Positions 9,492-19,300 of a DNA stretch of 41,690 nt are shown piece after piece (within the stretch, counting starts at the first letter, position 1; every line of letters begins with the position of its first letter). Position numbers and translations under genes: made by a program. Location of the stretch: the IMG/VR virus record IMGVR_UViG_3300047550_000958, positions 1 through 41,690 of that record. One strand, written 5' to 3'. Under the pieces are notes generated by a model. It worked only from the letters and a program-made list of their open reading frames with translations. It did not search any database and was not told the DNA's origin. This DNA is from a virus. Taxonomy: Duplodnaviria > Caudoviricetes.

Positions 9492-10424
9492 TCACCAAAG
9501 AGACAAAACAAATCCTGTAAAAAACACGTTGTTATTGATGCCTGCATTTGGACTAACCGTTTGAAGCCTAAAATAAACCACAGAAGGCGATCCTGTGACA
9601 GAGATTGAACCAGTTGTTCTAATATGCGTGTTTATAGCTCCACGCATATCAAATCCAGAATCAACATCATACCAAGTTCCAGAAGTGCTTGTTGCCCATT
9701 GAAGTTTGAATCCAGAAAACGATGCAGCACTTAAAGCGGCAGAAAGAGTAAAACTTACAGAATAATTTGAAGGAATAAAATCAGTGCTAAAAATTGAGTA
9801 CGCTTCCTCAAACATGCACGGAAAACACCAAAGACCAATTCTGGAATCTGGTCTTCCGGTTCCAGTGTAATACAAAGTTGTGTATTTATAAAATCCACTT
9901 AAAGCCGCTGCGCCATCCAGCATAACGTCAAACCGTTTTCCGTTTGCTGTTAAAGTGGATCCGTTAAAAGCCAACCCAGCACCAATAGAAATAGCCGTCG
10001 GAGCCGCAGCAGATCCGGTAGCATTACCAATCAAAGACGTGGCAGCAACATTCTGGATCTTCGCATAGGTGACGCCGCCATTGGCGATCTGGACATTTGT
10101 TCCGCTGGTCTCCAATCCACCTGCCGGAGTCAGACCCAGCATGTTCTTCACCTCGGTCGTCGTCAGGTCAATCGGAGCCGCAGTGGATCCTGTGTTGTTG
10201 CCCTTGATCGTGTTGCTTGCCATCGTCGCCATCTTGGAATTGCTGACGGCAAAGTCCGCAAGCTGAGTGTTTCCGACTGAACCGGCACTTAGCGACAACG
10301 ATCCCCCATCCACGGTGCCAACCACATCTACCGATGGAGTACCAAGCAAGTTTAGCGTGTTGGCATCGATTGTCGTGCTGTTGGTTATGGTTGTACCCGG
10401 AGTAACTGTGACGAAGAGAGGCAT
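9492..10424 (-). CDS. Tail fibre / spike protein
   Basis: 310 aa; repeated shaft motifs ([17 protein letters not shown]; [17 protein letters not shown]) and an AT-rich beta-rich C-terminal head. Confidence 0.75.
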   Translation of the reverse strand: MPLFVTVTPGTTITNSTTIDANTLNLLGTPSVDVVGTVDGGSLSLSAGSVGNTQLADFAVSNSKMATMASNTIKGNNTGSTAAPIDLTTTEVKNMLGLTPAGGLETSGTNVQIANGGVTYAKIQNVAATSLIGNATGSAAAPTAISIGAGLAFNGSTLTANGKRFDVMLDGAAALSGFYKYTTLYYTGTGRPDSRIGLWCFPCMFEEAYSIFSTDFIPSNYSVSFTLSAALSAASFSGFKLQWATSTSGTWYDVDSGFDMRGAINTHIRTTGSISVTGSPSVVYFRLQTVSPNAGINNNVFFTGFVLSLW

Positions 10425-10427
10425 ATT

Positions 10428-13193
10428 TTATACGTCGTTTTTTCCGTAGAGTCTGAAAGGAATGCCAACCACTTTGACGTTGGCCACGATTAGTGAGCCT
10501 CGGTCTGTGGTGAGAATGGGTTGTGCTGCGCTTGCGTGGCCCTTTAAGCGGGCCTTGTGTGCGTATGACTGGTGCAGGCCAGCTCGAAATCCATTGGCCC
10601 CGGTACGAAGCACCGGAAGCGTCGAGTAGTCCTCACGATAGGCTAACAAGAAGTCGTCGTTTACGTTGGTCGTGTTGTATACGCTGTATCCGTACTTGTA
10701 ATAGACCGTGCGATCCTTGGTCGCACTTGTAGCGACATTGGAACCCTCAGATACACCATCGAAATCAATCGAAAGATCGTAGCGCGTGTTCCAGTTCCGA
10801 AGTTCAAGATGAAGATCTGTCCACTGCTTGTGCTCCACGGCATCTGCAGTATACCCGCGAAACTCAACTCGGGTCTCGATCTGATACGCCGTGCCGGTAT
10901 GAGTCTTGTCAAACAAGGCGTCCTTGTCGAAGTTGTGGATAAAACCGCTCTCGTCAGCAAACACAAGACGCTCAGTTCCAGAGACGATCACGCGCTCGAA
11001 GAACTTCGGGTTCAACAACTGACCCTCCCAAAAACCTTCCCAAGCCTGATTGATGAAGTTGTAGACCAGCACCCTGTCGTTGGTGCCGTCTCCGCCTTCT
11101 GTGGGGTGTGCGAGCAGGTATCTGTTGTCGAAGTACGCCGCGCACGCCTTCTCCCAATTGTTCTCGTCGATCTCATCGACTAGATTCTGAATCATGTCCG
11201 AAAGAGGCATGATTATGCTCTGAGCGATTCCAAACTCGGTCTGCTTCAGTGACACCACACCGCGCTGGCTGAGGAAGATCAGATCAGATCCAGTATTTAC
11301 AACGCTGTTTGGGGCAACACATCCGAACTCACGCGTTACCTCAGTCAAACGGACAGCACTCAGATCGCCGTAAAGATTCTCGACAGCAAGTACTGAACGT
11401 TGCTTCAGAATTACCAGAGTTGTGCTGTTAAAGGCACAAATTGACACCACGCGGTCATTGGTTCCGGTGTTTAACTTGAAGTCGTTTATAACTCGTGCGT
11501 AGTGCAACGGATCCAGCACATCGGAAACGGCCAAGAAGTCGTTTCCGTAGATCATCAGCAAACGGTTCTGGAAATAGATACCCTCACGGCCAGCAGGGAT
11601 GTTGGCTCCAGACGCAGAAGACTTTGCAATCGTCCCAGTTCCGCTGCTTGTGATGTCCACCAGTGTGGTAGGCATCGAGATCGTTACCGTAGGAGCCGAT
11701 GAATAGCTGCCCGGGTTGGCTACATTGACTTGAGTGACTTTACCTTCGCTGATCGTAGCCGTTGCGGTTGCAACACCACCAGAAAACGTAATGTCAGGAG
11801 CAGTCAGATATCCTTTGCCCTGATTGAGCACCGTGACCGTCGCTATGCCGGTCGGTGGCGTTCCAGATGCCAAATTAGCCTGAGCGGTTGCCCGCTGCGC
11901 GTCGTTGAGTGAGTCGGTTTCTTCGGTCGTGCCTTGGAACAGCCGAAGCGTGTTGGCGTCCACTGGGAAGACGTAATAGATGCCGTCCAAATGCACAGCA
12001 CTCGGACCATCTACGGTGCAGTTTGTGATGGTTACCTGATCCCCGGGGACAAAATTGTGGTTGGGAACGGTGACCGTATCTGTTACTGGATCAGCGGCCA
12101 CAATGGACTGAGAAGCTGGCACCCTTCCAAATCCATTATCCAACGCCAAAACCTCTTCTCCGCCAGAATATCCAGACTGCATGATGAGCGGCAGGCCGTC
12201 GTTCTGGTAGGATTCCAACCCCTGCGTTATGTCGTAGCTGGTGGTGTTGTTCTGAAGCTCTAAATAAAACCCGTTCGCGGAAGTAAGACCCGAAACAAGG
12301 TCAATCTTGTTGAGTCCAGCACGAGCACTTGGCTCGTTGAGGTGCAACGTGACGTTGGAACCTACAACATTGATCCAGACGCCAAATCCTTGGCCTGTAG
12401 AAACGGACCCAACCCAAAGCGGCTTCGGAGTTCCAACCTGACCGATGACGACCCGATCTCCGGTCTGAAGATCAGGTATGACGTTGAGCGTTATGGTGTC
12501 GGTCGTCCCATTTACGTCTGTCCCGTTAAAGTAATACCGAGCCGGTCCCGGCCTGAGCATCACCACAGAATCGCCGCACTGAATCAGCCGGACATCATCA
12601 TAGAAGTCGTGGCCATTCATCGGAACCTCTAGGTGCGACTGATTAGGCCGCAACAAGTAGACCCTGCCTCGTCCACCATCTGACCTAGCCACGTTGCTGG
12701 CCACCATCAGGGACTGTGTTCCGGTCGTCTTGTCCCGATACTTCAGAATCGCAACAATGTCCGAGATTGCTGTCGTCGATGAGTAGTACTGGAATGTCTG
12801 CGGATTCGGATTTGTGAACGAGTACGCAGTCGTGCTCATCACCGCGTTGCTGTTGTCGGCAGCCTTAGACAACACACGCGTTCCGTTCTTGAAAATCAAC
12901 TGATTAGCAGCTTGGTTGCAGCTAACCACAGTGTTTACCGGAACCTGACTTAGCCCACTTGCGGTATTAACGGTTGAGCTGTTCGGCACCACGTCGGCCG
13001 TGAACGAACTAGTGTTCCAGATCCCACCCCACTTTGGACGAACAATACCCCAGCGATTCTTGATGTTCTTGTCCTCGAACCTTCGATTGATCGCAAGAGA
13101 GACATAACCCGGAGGCAACAAGTCGGCATTGAGACGAGAGTTCATTCCAATGAACCCGTCATCCTGACCAACTAGTTGCGGGATGTCTGGCAT
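10428..13193 (-). CDS. Tail nozzle / tubular protein B-like (beta-propeller) with inserted beta domains
   Basis: 921 aa; N-terminal GFIGMNSR...NRRF; C-terminal propeller motifs (FGCVAPNSV, IFLSQRGV, YFDNRYLLA, VLVYNF). Confidence 0.75.
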   Translation of the reverse strand: MPDIPQLVGQDDGFIGMNSRLNADLLPPGYVSLAINRRFEDKNIKNRWGIVRPKWGGIWNTSSFTADVVPNSSTVNTASGLSQVPVNTVVSCNQAANQLIFKNGTRVLSKAADNSNAVMSTTAYSFTNPNPQTFQYYSSTTAISDIVAILKYRDKTTGTQSLMVASNVARSDGGRGRVYLLRPNQSHLEVPMNGHDFYDDVRLIQCGDSVVMLRPGPARYYFNGTDVNGTTDTITLNVIPDLQTGDRVVIGQVGTPKPLWVGSVSTGQGFGVWINVVGSNVTLHLNEPSARAGLNKIDLVSGLTSANGFYLELQNNTTSYDITQGLESYQNDGLPLIMQSGYSGGEEVLALDNGFGRVPASQSIVAADPVTDTVTVPNHNFVPGDQVTITNCTVDGPSAVHLDGIYYVFPVDANTLRLFQGTTEETDSLNDAQRATAQANLASGTPPTGIATVTVLNQGKGYLTAPDITFSGGVATATATISEGKVTQVNVANPGSYSSAPTVTISMPTTLVDITSSGTGTIAKSSASGANIPAGREGIYFQNRLLMIYGNDFLAVSDVLDPLHYARVINDFKLNTGTNDRVVSICAFNSTTLVILKQRSVLAVENLYGDLSAVRLTEVTREFGCVAPNSVVNTGSDLIFLSQRGVVSLKQTEFGIAQSIIMPLSDMIQNLVDEIDENNWEKACAAYFDNRYLLAHPTEGGDGTNDRVLVYNFINQAWEGFWEGQLLNPKFFERVIVSGTERLVFADESGFIHNFDKDALFDKTHTGTAYQIETRVEFRGYTADAVEHKQWTDLHLELRNWNTRYDLSIDFDGVSEGSNVATSATKDRTVYYKYGYSVYNTTNVNDDFLLAYREDYSTLPVLRTGANGFRAGLHQSYAHKARLKGHASAAQPILTTDRGSLIVANVKVVGIPFRLYGKNDV

Positions 13194-14116
13194 TAGCGTG
13201 TGGGAACAACGATCTGACGCGTCACCATCTCTTGTCGAGCCACCTTGTCGATCTCATCGCTCAACGCAGCCTCGCCCAACTGAAGGAACTCATTCCCTAG
13301 GTCAACCTTGCCGTCCACCCTAAGCATTTGACCAGCCGCTCGATAGGCACAGATCTCCGAGAACCGATACGGAATTGTCGTAGGATCAACCAGATATACC
13401 GGAGGCAGTAGTCGAGCCTCGATCCAAGCATATGCGATCTGATCCAATACGATCATTCCAGACTCACCAAAGTTGTAGCGGACGTTGCGCGTCTGTACCG
13501 GCTGCGCTCTGGGATCGTTCTGATAGACGGCAAAGATCTCGCCAAGTTCTTGGGAACGAGTGGTTCCATCTGGGTTGTTCTGCTGCGAAACGATGCGGAA
13601 GAATGGGTTCAAAACACCCCAGAATGAAGTGTTTGTTGGAACCGTGCCAACAGCAGGCACAGAAATGCACTGATAGTACTGCTGAGTGACTGGATACAGA
13701 ACAATCTGTCCGGTCGTGTAAGCCACGTTGGCATCCCAAGAGCCGCCGCTTGCGTTGCCATAGTCCGGCAATGCCTCAGCCCAATAGCCGCTGTTCAACG
13801 TGCCATTAGGGCCTCCAGTCGTTGGATCGTTTCCAGTGCTGCCAGCGACATTGACGCACTGATAGTATAGCTCCTCGGTCGGGAAATAGACGACATCACC
13901 AACCGAGTAGGCGGTGGCTGCGGAATAGTCAGGAGCGAAGAACTCCTGCTGCACAACGAGTTGTTCCGGCCAATCAAACGCTTCCCAAGCCTGCCTGATC
14001 GCCGTGCCGATAAAAGTGCGGAAGAAGTTGGCTTCCTCAGTGGTGGGCGGATACGTCCGGCCTGTCATTTCGCAGGCTTTTCTCAGGACGTAGGAGTAGG
14101 TAACGGTCTTGGCCAT
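13193..14116 (-). CDS. Tail adaptor / tubular protein A-like with two CBM5/12-like repeats
   Basis: 307 aa; helical termini (AWEAFDWP; IPYRFSEICAYRAAGQML) flank YSAATAYSVGDVV...YYQC...YW and WDANVAYTTGQIV...YYQC...FW. Confidence 0.65.
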   Translation of the reverse strand: MAKTVTYSYVLRKACEMTGRTYPPTTEEANFFRTFIGTAIRQAWEAFDWPEQLVVQQEFFAPDYSAATAYSVGDVVYFPTEELYYQCVNVAGSTGNDPTTGGPNGTLNSGYWAEALPDYGNASGGSWDANVAYTTGQIVLYPVTQQYYQCISVPAVGTVPTNTSFWGVLNPFFRIVSQQNNPDGTTRSQELGEIFAVYQNDPRAQPVQTRNVRYNFGESGMIVLDQIAYAWIEARLLPPVYLVDPTTIPYRFSEICAYRAAGQMLRVDGKVDLGNEFLQLGEAALSDEIDKVARQEMVTRQIVVPTR

Positions 14117-14119
14117 AGA

Positions 14120-14386
14120 TCACCACGCTTTGCATGCCCAATACTTAGCCGACAGCTTGGTTCCGGGATTGTCGCATCCATGACGAGCGCGGAAGGAGGC
14201 TCGACGCTCTGGGATGTGCTTCTTGATCGTCATGTTCGAATCCCCGAATCGCACCAGACGAACTTGATCTCCCTCCTTGGCCAAGACGGCAAACTTCTTG
14301 GACTCACCGGGAGTCCTCTTTGGCTTATTGTAGCCGGCGAAGCGTTGGCCTTTGTAGTTAATCACGTCAGTCCTTCGGGAGCGCAT
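14120..14386 (-). CDS. Conserved small basic phage protein
   Basis: 88 aa; KKFAVLAK...VRFGD.NM...RRASFRARHGC...SAKYWACKAW pattern recalled from many aquatic phages. Confidence 0.75.
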   Translation of the reverse strand: MRSRRTDVINYKGQRFAGYNKPKRTPGESKKFAVLAKEGDQVRLVRFGDSNMTIKKHIPERRASFRARHGCDNPGTKLSAKYWACKAW

Positions 14387-14582
14387 ACCACCCTGCAGGT
14401 AGCACCACGCGGTTGTAGGATCTGACGCTCTGACCCTTCGAGTCGAGCACCCAGACCCGAACTTTCACATCCTCGGCCAATCTTACCGGCTCACCGCTTG
14501 GGACCAGTATCACTCGCGTCGCGCATCCGCTGCTCATGCTGGCGAATACGATCCAGCAGCTTGTCACGCAGGCCCGGATCAC
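14367..14582 (-). CDS. Putative lipoprotein, o-spanin-like
   Basis: GTG start; hydrophobic leader ending in lipobox-like SSGC; overlaps the upstream gene in another frame (Rz/Rz1-like layout). Confidence 0.5.
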   Translation of the reverse strand: MIRACVTSCWIVFASMSSGCATRVILVPSGEPVRLAEDVKVRVWVLDSKGQSVRSYNRVVLPAGWYALPKD

Positions 14583-14664
14583 GCTTGGCGTCTTCACTGG
14601 TCTGGTCCTTTCGCAGTAGGTACTCAATGAACTTGAGCACCGCCAAGACCAACTGCTCAATCAC
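14491..14664 (-). CDS. Putative i-spanin-like membrane protein
   Basis: GTGA overlap with the holin stop; N-terminal hydrophobic stretch then charged helix (57 aa). Confidence 0.45.
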   Translation of the reverse strand: MIEQLVLAVLKFIEYLLRKDQTSEDAKRDPGLRDKLLDRIRQHEQRMRDASDTGPKR

Positions 14665-14843
14665 GGAGCCGGAGGAGTCGCGGCCTTCTTCTTGGACCAC
14701 ACGCCCCAAGCCGCAGCAACGAGCGTAATGACCGCGCCGACGACTTCAGGGAGCTGGTCAGCACTCACAAGACCCTTGGCGACTAGAAAGCCACCAGCAG
14801 CGCTTAGAACGTGACGGATGAGGGATTTGATCGAGTCATTCAT
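14661..14843 (-). CDS. Putative holin
   Basis: 60 aa with two hydrophobic segments: IRHVLSAAGGFLVAKG...VGAVITLVAAAWGVWSKKK. Confidence 0.7.
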   Translation of the reverse strand: MNDSIKSLIRHVLSAAGGFLVAKGLVSADQLPEVVGAVITLVAAAWGVWSKKKAATPPAP

Positions 14844-15030
14844 TGGAGTCCTTGTTCTCTTTGAGTTTCTTCCGCACCCACTTGTAGAAGGCCATCACCG
14901 CGAAGAACGCACCCACCGCAGCCGTGACAAACTGCAGTATCGTGGTGAGCGTCGGAAGCAGTGAAATGATGGTCATCACACCCGCAGCGGCCAATAGTCC
15001 ACCGGGGCCATTGTGAGCTGTGGCGTCCAT
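14836..15030 (-). CDS. Membrane protein, second holin/antiholin-like
   Basis: 64 aa from MDATAHNG; two TM segments and a basic C-terminus. Confidence 0.55.
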   Translation of the reverse strand: MDATAHNGPGGLLAAAGVMTIISLLPTLTTILQFVTAAVGAFFAVMAFYKWVRKKLKENKDSNE

Positions 15031-15031
15031 C

Positions 15032-15280
15032 TTAGTACTTGCGATTGTACGCAATGAAGGTGCCAGCGGAGGCAGCCACCGAGGTGAATACCCCGGGGAT
15101 CTCGGTACCAGCAGCGATGGACACGCCGGTCGGGAAGTTGGTGATGTTACCAGAGACCGCGCTGAACGTGCAGGCAGTCACGCACTGGATGCGCTGGAAG
15201 TTTCCGGTAACGGCTGCCGTGCTAGTATTTGCAACGCCGCCGTACTCACCGGCAAGCTGACGATTGGCTCCTACATTCAT
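15032..15280 (-). CDS. Small beta-rich virion protein (hypothetical)
   Basis: 82 aa, T/A/G/S-rich, in the structural block. Confidence 0.6.
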   Translation of the reverse strand: MNVGANRQLAGEYGGVANTSTAAVTGNFQRIQCVTACTFSAVSGNITNFPTGVSIAAGTEIPGVFTSVAASAGTFIAYNRKY

Positions 15281-15285
15281 GATGT

Positions 15286-15618
15286 TTAGCTGTTAGAGTT
15301 CCAAGGCAGAGGCGGAACGATGATCGGAGGATTGATCTGATTCTGGATCTGCTGATTCACGCTGGCCTCGGTAGCCGCCTTGTCGATACCAGAGTCCCAA
15401 ACCCACTGAAGCACCTCTGCCTGCGTCAGGTTGCTGTACGGGATGAACTGCGATGGATCCGGGGCAACGAAGCTGGCCGTGCCGTAGCAGGTGCCACTGT
15501 ACGTCTTGCCACCACTAACTTCCTCGCCATTGCAACGCCACGCAGCGGTGACGACAACGTCGGTGAGAGTTCCTTCGCTGGGTTTAACCCAGAGTTGTTC
15601 GATGATCCATGTAATCAT
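15286..15618 (-). CDS. Tail-fibre-associated protein
   Basis: 110 aa; TWIIEQL...DVV...WRC...FIPYSNLTQAEVLQWV...PLPW pattern common downstream of fibre genes. Confidence 0.7.
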   Translation of the reverse strand: MITWIIEQLWVKPSEGTLTDVVVTAAWRCNGEEVSGGKTYSGTCYGTASFVAPDPSQFIPYSNLTQAEVLQWVWDSGIDKAATEASVNQQIQNQINPPIIVPPLPWNSNS

Positions 15619-15788
15619 TGGACTTCTTTCTGTTCTTTGTTGAGTGACTCCTCCTTGGCAGCAGCCGCAGAGACAAGATCTGTGAAGAAGACGCCAGCAC
15701 GAGCTGCTTGGATACCGCCAGCTTTGACGGCCACGTCGATGAGGTTGATGAGGACTTGAGCTTGTTCCTTGGTGATTTCGATCGTCAT
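15615..15788 (-). CDS. Small helical protein, fibre chaperone-like (57 aa, below ORF-track cutoff)
   Basis: Hand translation MTIEITKEQAQVLINLIDVAVKAGGIQAARAG...; TGA overlaps the next ATG. Confidence 0.7.
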   Translation of the reverse strand: MTIEITKEQAQVLINLIDVAVKAGGIQAARAGVFFTDLVSAAAAKEESLNKEQKEVQ

Positions 15789-15797
15789 AGGAGCGCG

Positions 15798-15825
15798 ATG
15801 GTAGCTAGAGAGTGAGCGGGGGCAA
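15798..15825 (-). promoter_or_regulatory. Candidate sigma70-type promoter (TTGCCC-N16-TACCAT), 9 nt before ATG 15788
   Basis: Fills the intergenic gap; would give a near-leaderless mRNA. Confidence 0.35.
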
Positions 15826-15827
15826 GG

Positions 15828-16358
15828 TTAGTTCCAGAGTTCGAGGCTGATGTCTTTGACGGCAATTGTTTGATCGTATGCCGTGTTGTTGTAGAAAAGA
15901 AATCTGACGTAATATGGAGCTGATCCGCTGAGTGATATGGTTCCGAATCCAGTTCGCATCACGTCAGCACTTGCGTCATAAGACGAATATACAACATCTG
16001 TGTTGGTAACTGTTGTGAACGACGATGATGTTGAGAACTGAGCCCTTACTCCAGTGTTGTTCTGACATACTCCATACTGCCAGAATGATAGACGATACGC
16101 TGTCGGCTTTAGACCTATAACAAACCTCCTTACAGCACCAACTGGAACAGCAACACCCGGATTGTTTGAGTTCGCCGCAATGGTTTCGCTCCAACCTTCA
16201 GAGGCTGTGACGAACATGATCCTTCCAACATCAGTGGAAACACCAGCATCACTGATTATTTCTGACGTGGTCCTAGATTTCACTGTGTTCCCGTCTAAAA
16301 CGAGAACCTTGGTGTTCTTGGAGCTTGTTCCGTAAGTTGCTACGTTGAGGAAGTCCAT
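15828..16358 (-). CDS. Short fibre / receptor-binding-like protein
   Basis: 176 aa; AT-richer beta-sandwich C-terminus; TAATG coupling to the long fibre gene. Confidence 0.6.
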   Translation of the reverse strand: MDFLNVATYGTSSKNTKVLVLDGNTVKSRTTSEIISDAGVSTDVGRIMFVTASEGWSETIAANSNNPGVAVPVGAVRRFVIGLKPTAYRLSFWQYGVCQNNTGVRAQFSTSSSFTTVTNTDVVYSSYDASADVMRTGFGTISLSGSAPYYVRFLFYNNTAYDQTIAVKDISLELWN

Positions 16359-19300
16359 TAGCCGATGACGGTGACGACGTAATTCGCAGCAGTGATGGCC
16401 GCAGCGAATGTGACGGTTGCAGTGGTGGTACTAGGCATGGATACATCAGCGAACACAACAACGTCGTCGGTGGTGCGGCGGACGCTGACAGTGATATCCT
16501 TGCTGCCCATGTTGTGAGTGATCGTATAGGCGTTTCCAGAGACAGTCACGCTTCCATCGTTCAGCGCCACAGTGTACTTCCTGCTCAACTGCTGGAACGC
16601 GCTGTTGTTGTGGTACTGGAGGGTGTTGCTGGTGCTGTTGTAGTACAGGTCACCCACCGCACCTGTGGGAGCGGAGTTGAGGCCGGTGAGGTTGAGCTGG
16701 CCGGTGGTTTTGATTCGGAGACATTCACCTCCAGAGCCGGCGGTAAACTTGATTACAGAACCATCGGAAACAAGGTTCAGCGCCGCGTTGGCATAAAAAG
16801 CGACCTCGTTGGCCCCTATGCCGCGGTAGTTGTATGAGCTTCCTGTAGAACCAAAAATTGCAACCCTTGTTGAGTCCGTGATCCGAATGCCGTCTAGCTG
16901 TGTCGCCGTTGGTGCAATCTGAATCTGAGTCTTGTTGGCCGGAGTAGCAGTCCCAATCCCAACATTCCTGCTGCTATCAATGTAGATGGCATCACTCCCG
17001 CCCACCGCCAGCGCGAGGGTGTCGGAGTTGGTCGGCCAGTAGATTCCGGTATCAGTGTTTGCTCCGAGAGTGATGGCTGGAGCACTAGTGGTTCCGTTGA
17101 TACCAACTTGAATCTGTCCACCGTTCGCAATCGCCAGCCTCGTGGTGCTGTCCTCCCAAATCTCGAACGAGGTCGTGCCGCTGCGATAACCAGTTGCCCA
17201 GCTCTTAGCGCCGACCTCGGAGATGAACCTTGGGAATGTACCAGCAGTGCCTGCGGCCTTGATGTTTCCGGAGGCATGGATGCGCTCTCCGACAGTGGTG
17301 ACCCCCACGCCCAGATTCCCCGAGGCGTCGAGGGTCATCTTAGCCGTGTTGAAGTCGGTGACAGTGGCTCCAGCGGAACCGGAAGCAGCCGAGCACCAAG
17401 AGTGGACTCCCGCGTCCTGCCGATAAACCGTAGCGACTCCGGTGTTGGTGTATTTCCACCCACCGTTGTAGTACGCATTCGCCAGAGCGTTGAACTGATA
17501 GACACCAGCGATGTGACCGTAAGGCGTCTGAAGCGTCGGCGTGTTTGCGGTGGATGGCGTCACCCCTAGGCCGAGGTTGCCGGAGGAGTCCAGCGACATT
17601 TTCAACGATCCGCTGGTGTACCAATCTGTTGCTCCAGTTGATGCAACATTCAGTGCAATCTGGGATCCAGCCTCGTTGTAGAGTCTAAATCTGTCAGACA
17701 GGATCCGAACATCACCAACCGATGGACCACTACGAATCGTACCATATCCCAGATTGAGAATTGATGTATTGCCGGAAATCTTGACCGTCCTAGTTCCGGT
17801 TGAATCGCCAACTTCCAAGTCAACACTCGGCGACGCCGTCCCGATGCCGAGGCGGCCAGAGGAGTCGATGCGTAGGCGTTCAACGTTCGCAGTGCTGAAT
17901 GCAATCGTATTGTCGGCTGCGCGATACATTGCCGCATCTGCCGTTGGTGTTGCGACATTTGCGCGTCCGATCCACGCATTGCTTCCAATATCTCCAGCGA
18001 CAGACAAAGTTAAATTAGGCGACGCCGTCCCGATGCCAAGCCTGCTGTTTCCGTTGTCCCAGAACAGGTTCGAGGAGAAGCCGATCGCGCTAGTGCTTGA
18101 TGCAAACGGAATCTGACCAGCGGTGTAGGCACTCGACTGAGCGAAGTGGAAGACGCCACCCGACAGCACCATGCCGTTGCCGGCGGTGTACGAACCGGCT
18201 TGGCTGAACTTCGTCCAAGTAACCGCAGTAGTTCCAAGAGTGCCGCCAGCGTTGGCCGTGCAAACCCATCCAGAATCGGCGTTCGCAGTTCCTTCTTCGA
18301 CGAACGTAAACGCACCGACCAACTCTTCCCAAGTGTCCGCGTCCGATGCGCGAGTCATGGCAGACCCAGTGCCATTCCAGACATAGATGCCGTTCTCCGC
18401 CTGAGCAGACTGATCCTTCACTAGGATCCGAGTCGTTCCGCTGGTGAACGTCGCCGAACTCACCCCGTCGATTGTGATCGAGCCGGGAGCACTGAGCGTG
18501 ATGTTTACAGTGGAAGCAACTTTGCAGCTTCCCTTCACGTCCAACCCCTGAGCCACGGAATCAACATATCCCTTGGTGGCCAGCGTTGATCCAGCAGATC
18601 CAGAAGTGACGTTGCCGCTGTTGATGATGTTGAACCCAGCAATATCCAGATCCGCAGTAAGAGCGCCGAAACCGCTCAGTGGAATGGATGACTTAGCCGT
18701 GGCTACAGGGTTGTTGCTCGCATTTCCGACATAGAACTGACCATTGGCCAGCGCCAGACGAGCCAAAGGCAGCAGACCGCTAGTAATGTTCGCAGCGTTG
18801 GTCGTGTCAGTTGTCGCGGACGCGGCTAGACCCGAGACAGATCCGGAAGGAATCGAAGCAGACCACTTCGGCTTCGTGTTGGTGCCATCATAGGTGAGGA
18901 TGTATCCATCCGTTCCAACGCCCAGCTTTGCAGTCGTAGCAAGACCGCTCTGGTAAAGCAACTGACCAGCAGCACCACCACTGACATTGGTCGCCGTAGA
19001 TGCGTTTCCGGAGAGGCTGGCCGTGATGGTTCCTGCTGAGAAATTACCTGATCCATCACGCGCAACCACCTTGCTGGCCGTGTTCGCGTCAGTGGCATCT
19101 ACAGCAAATGTGCGAGCTGTAGAGCCGTCGAATGTGCCGCCAGAAGTAAGATAGGTGCCAGCAGTTAGAGCGTTGGCCACTTTGTCAGCGGTCGTGGCCG
19201 TTGTAGCCGATCCGACGGCGAGTGAAGACTGGTTAACCCAAGCAGGAACACCGGAAGCAACAGACAGTACCTGACCAGCAGTTCCAATTCCGAGGAAGGT

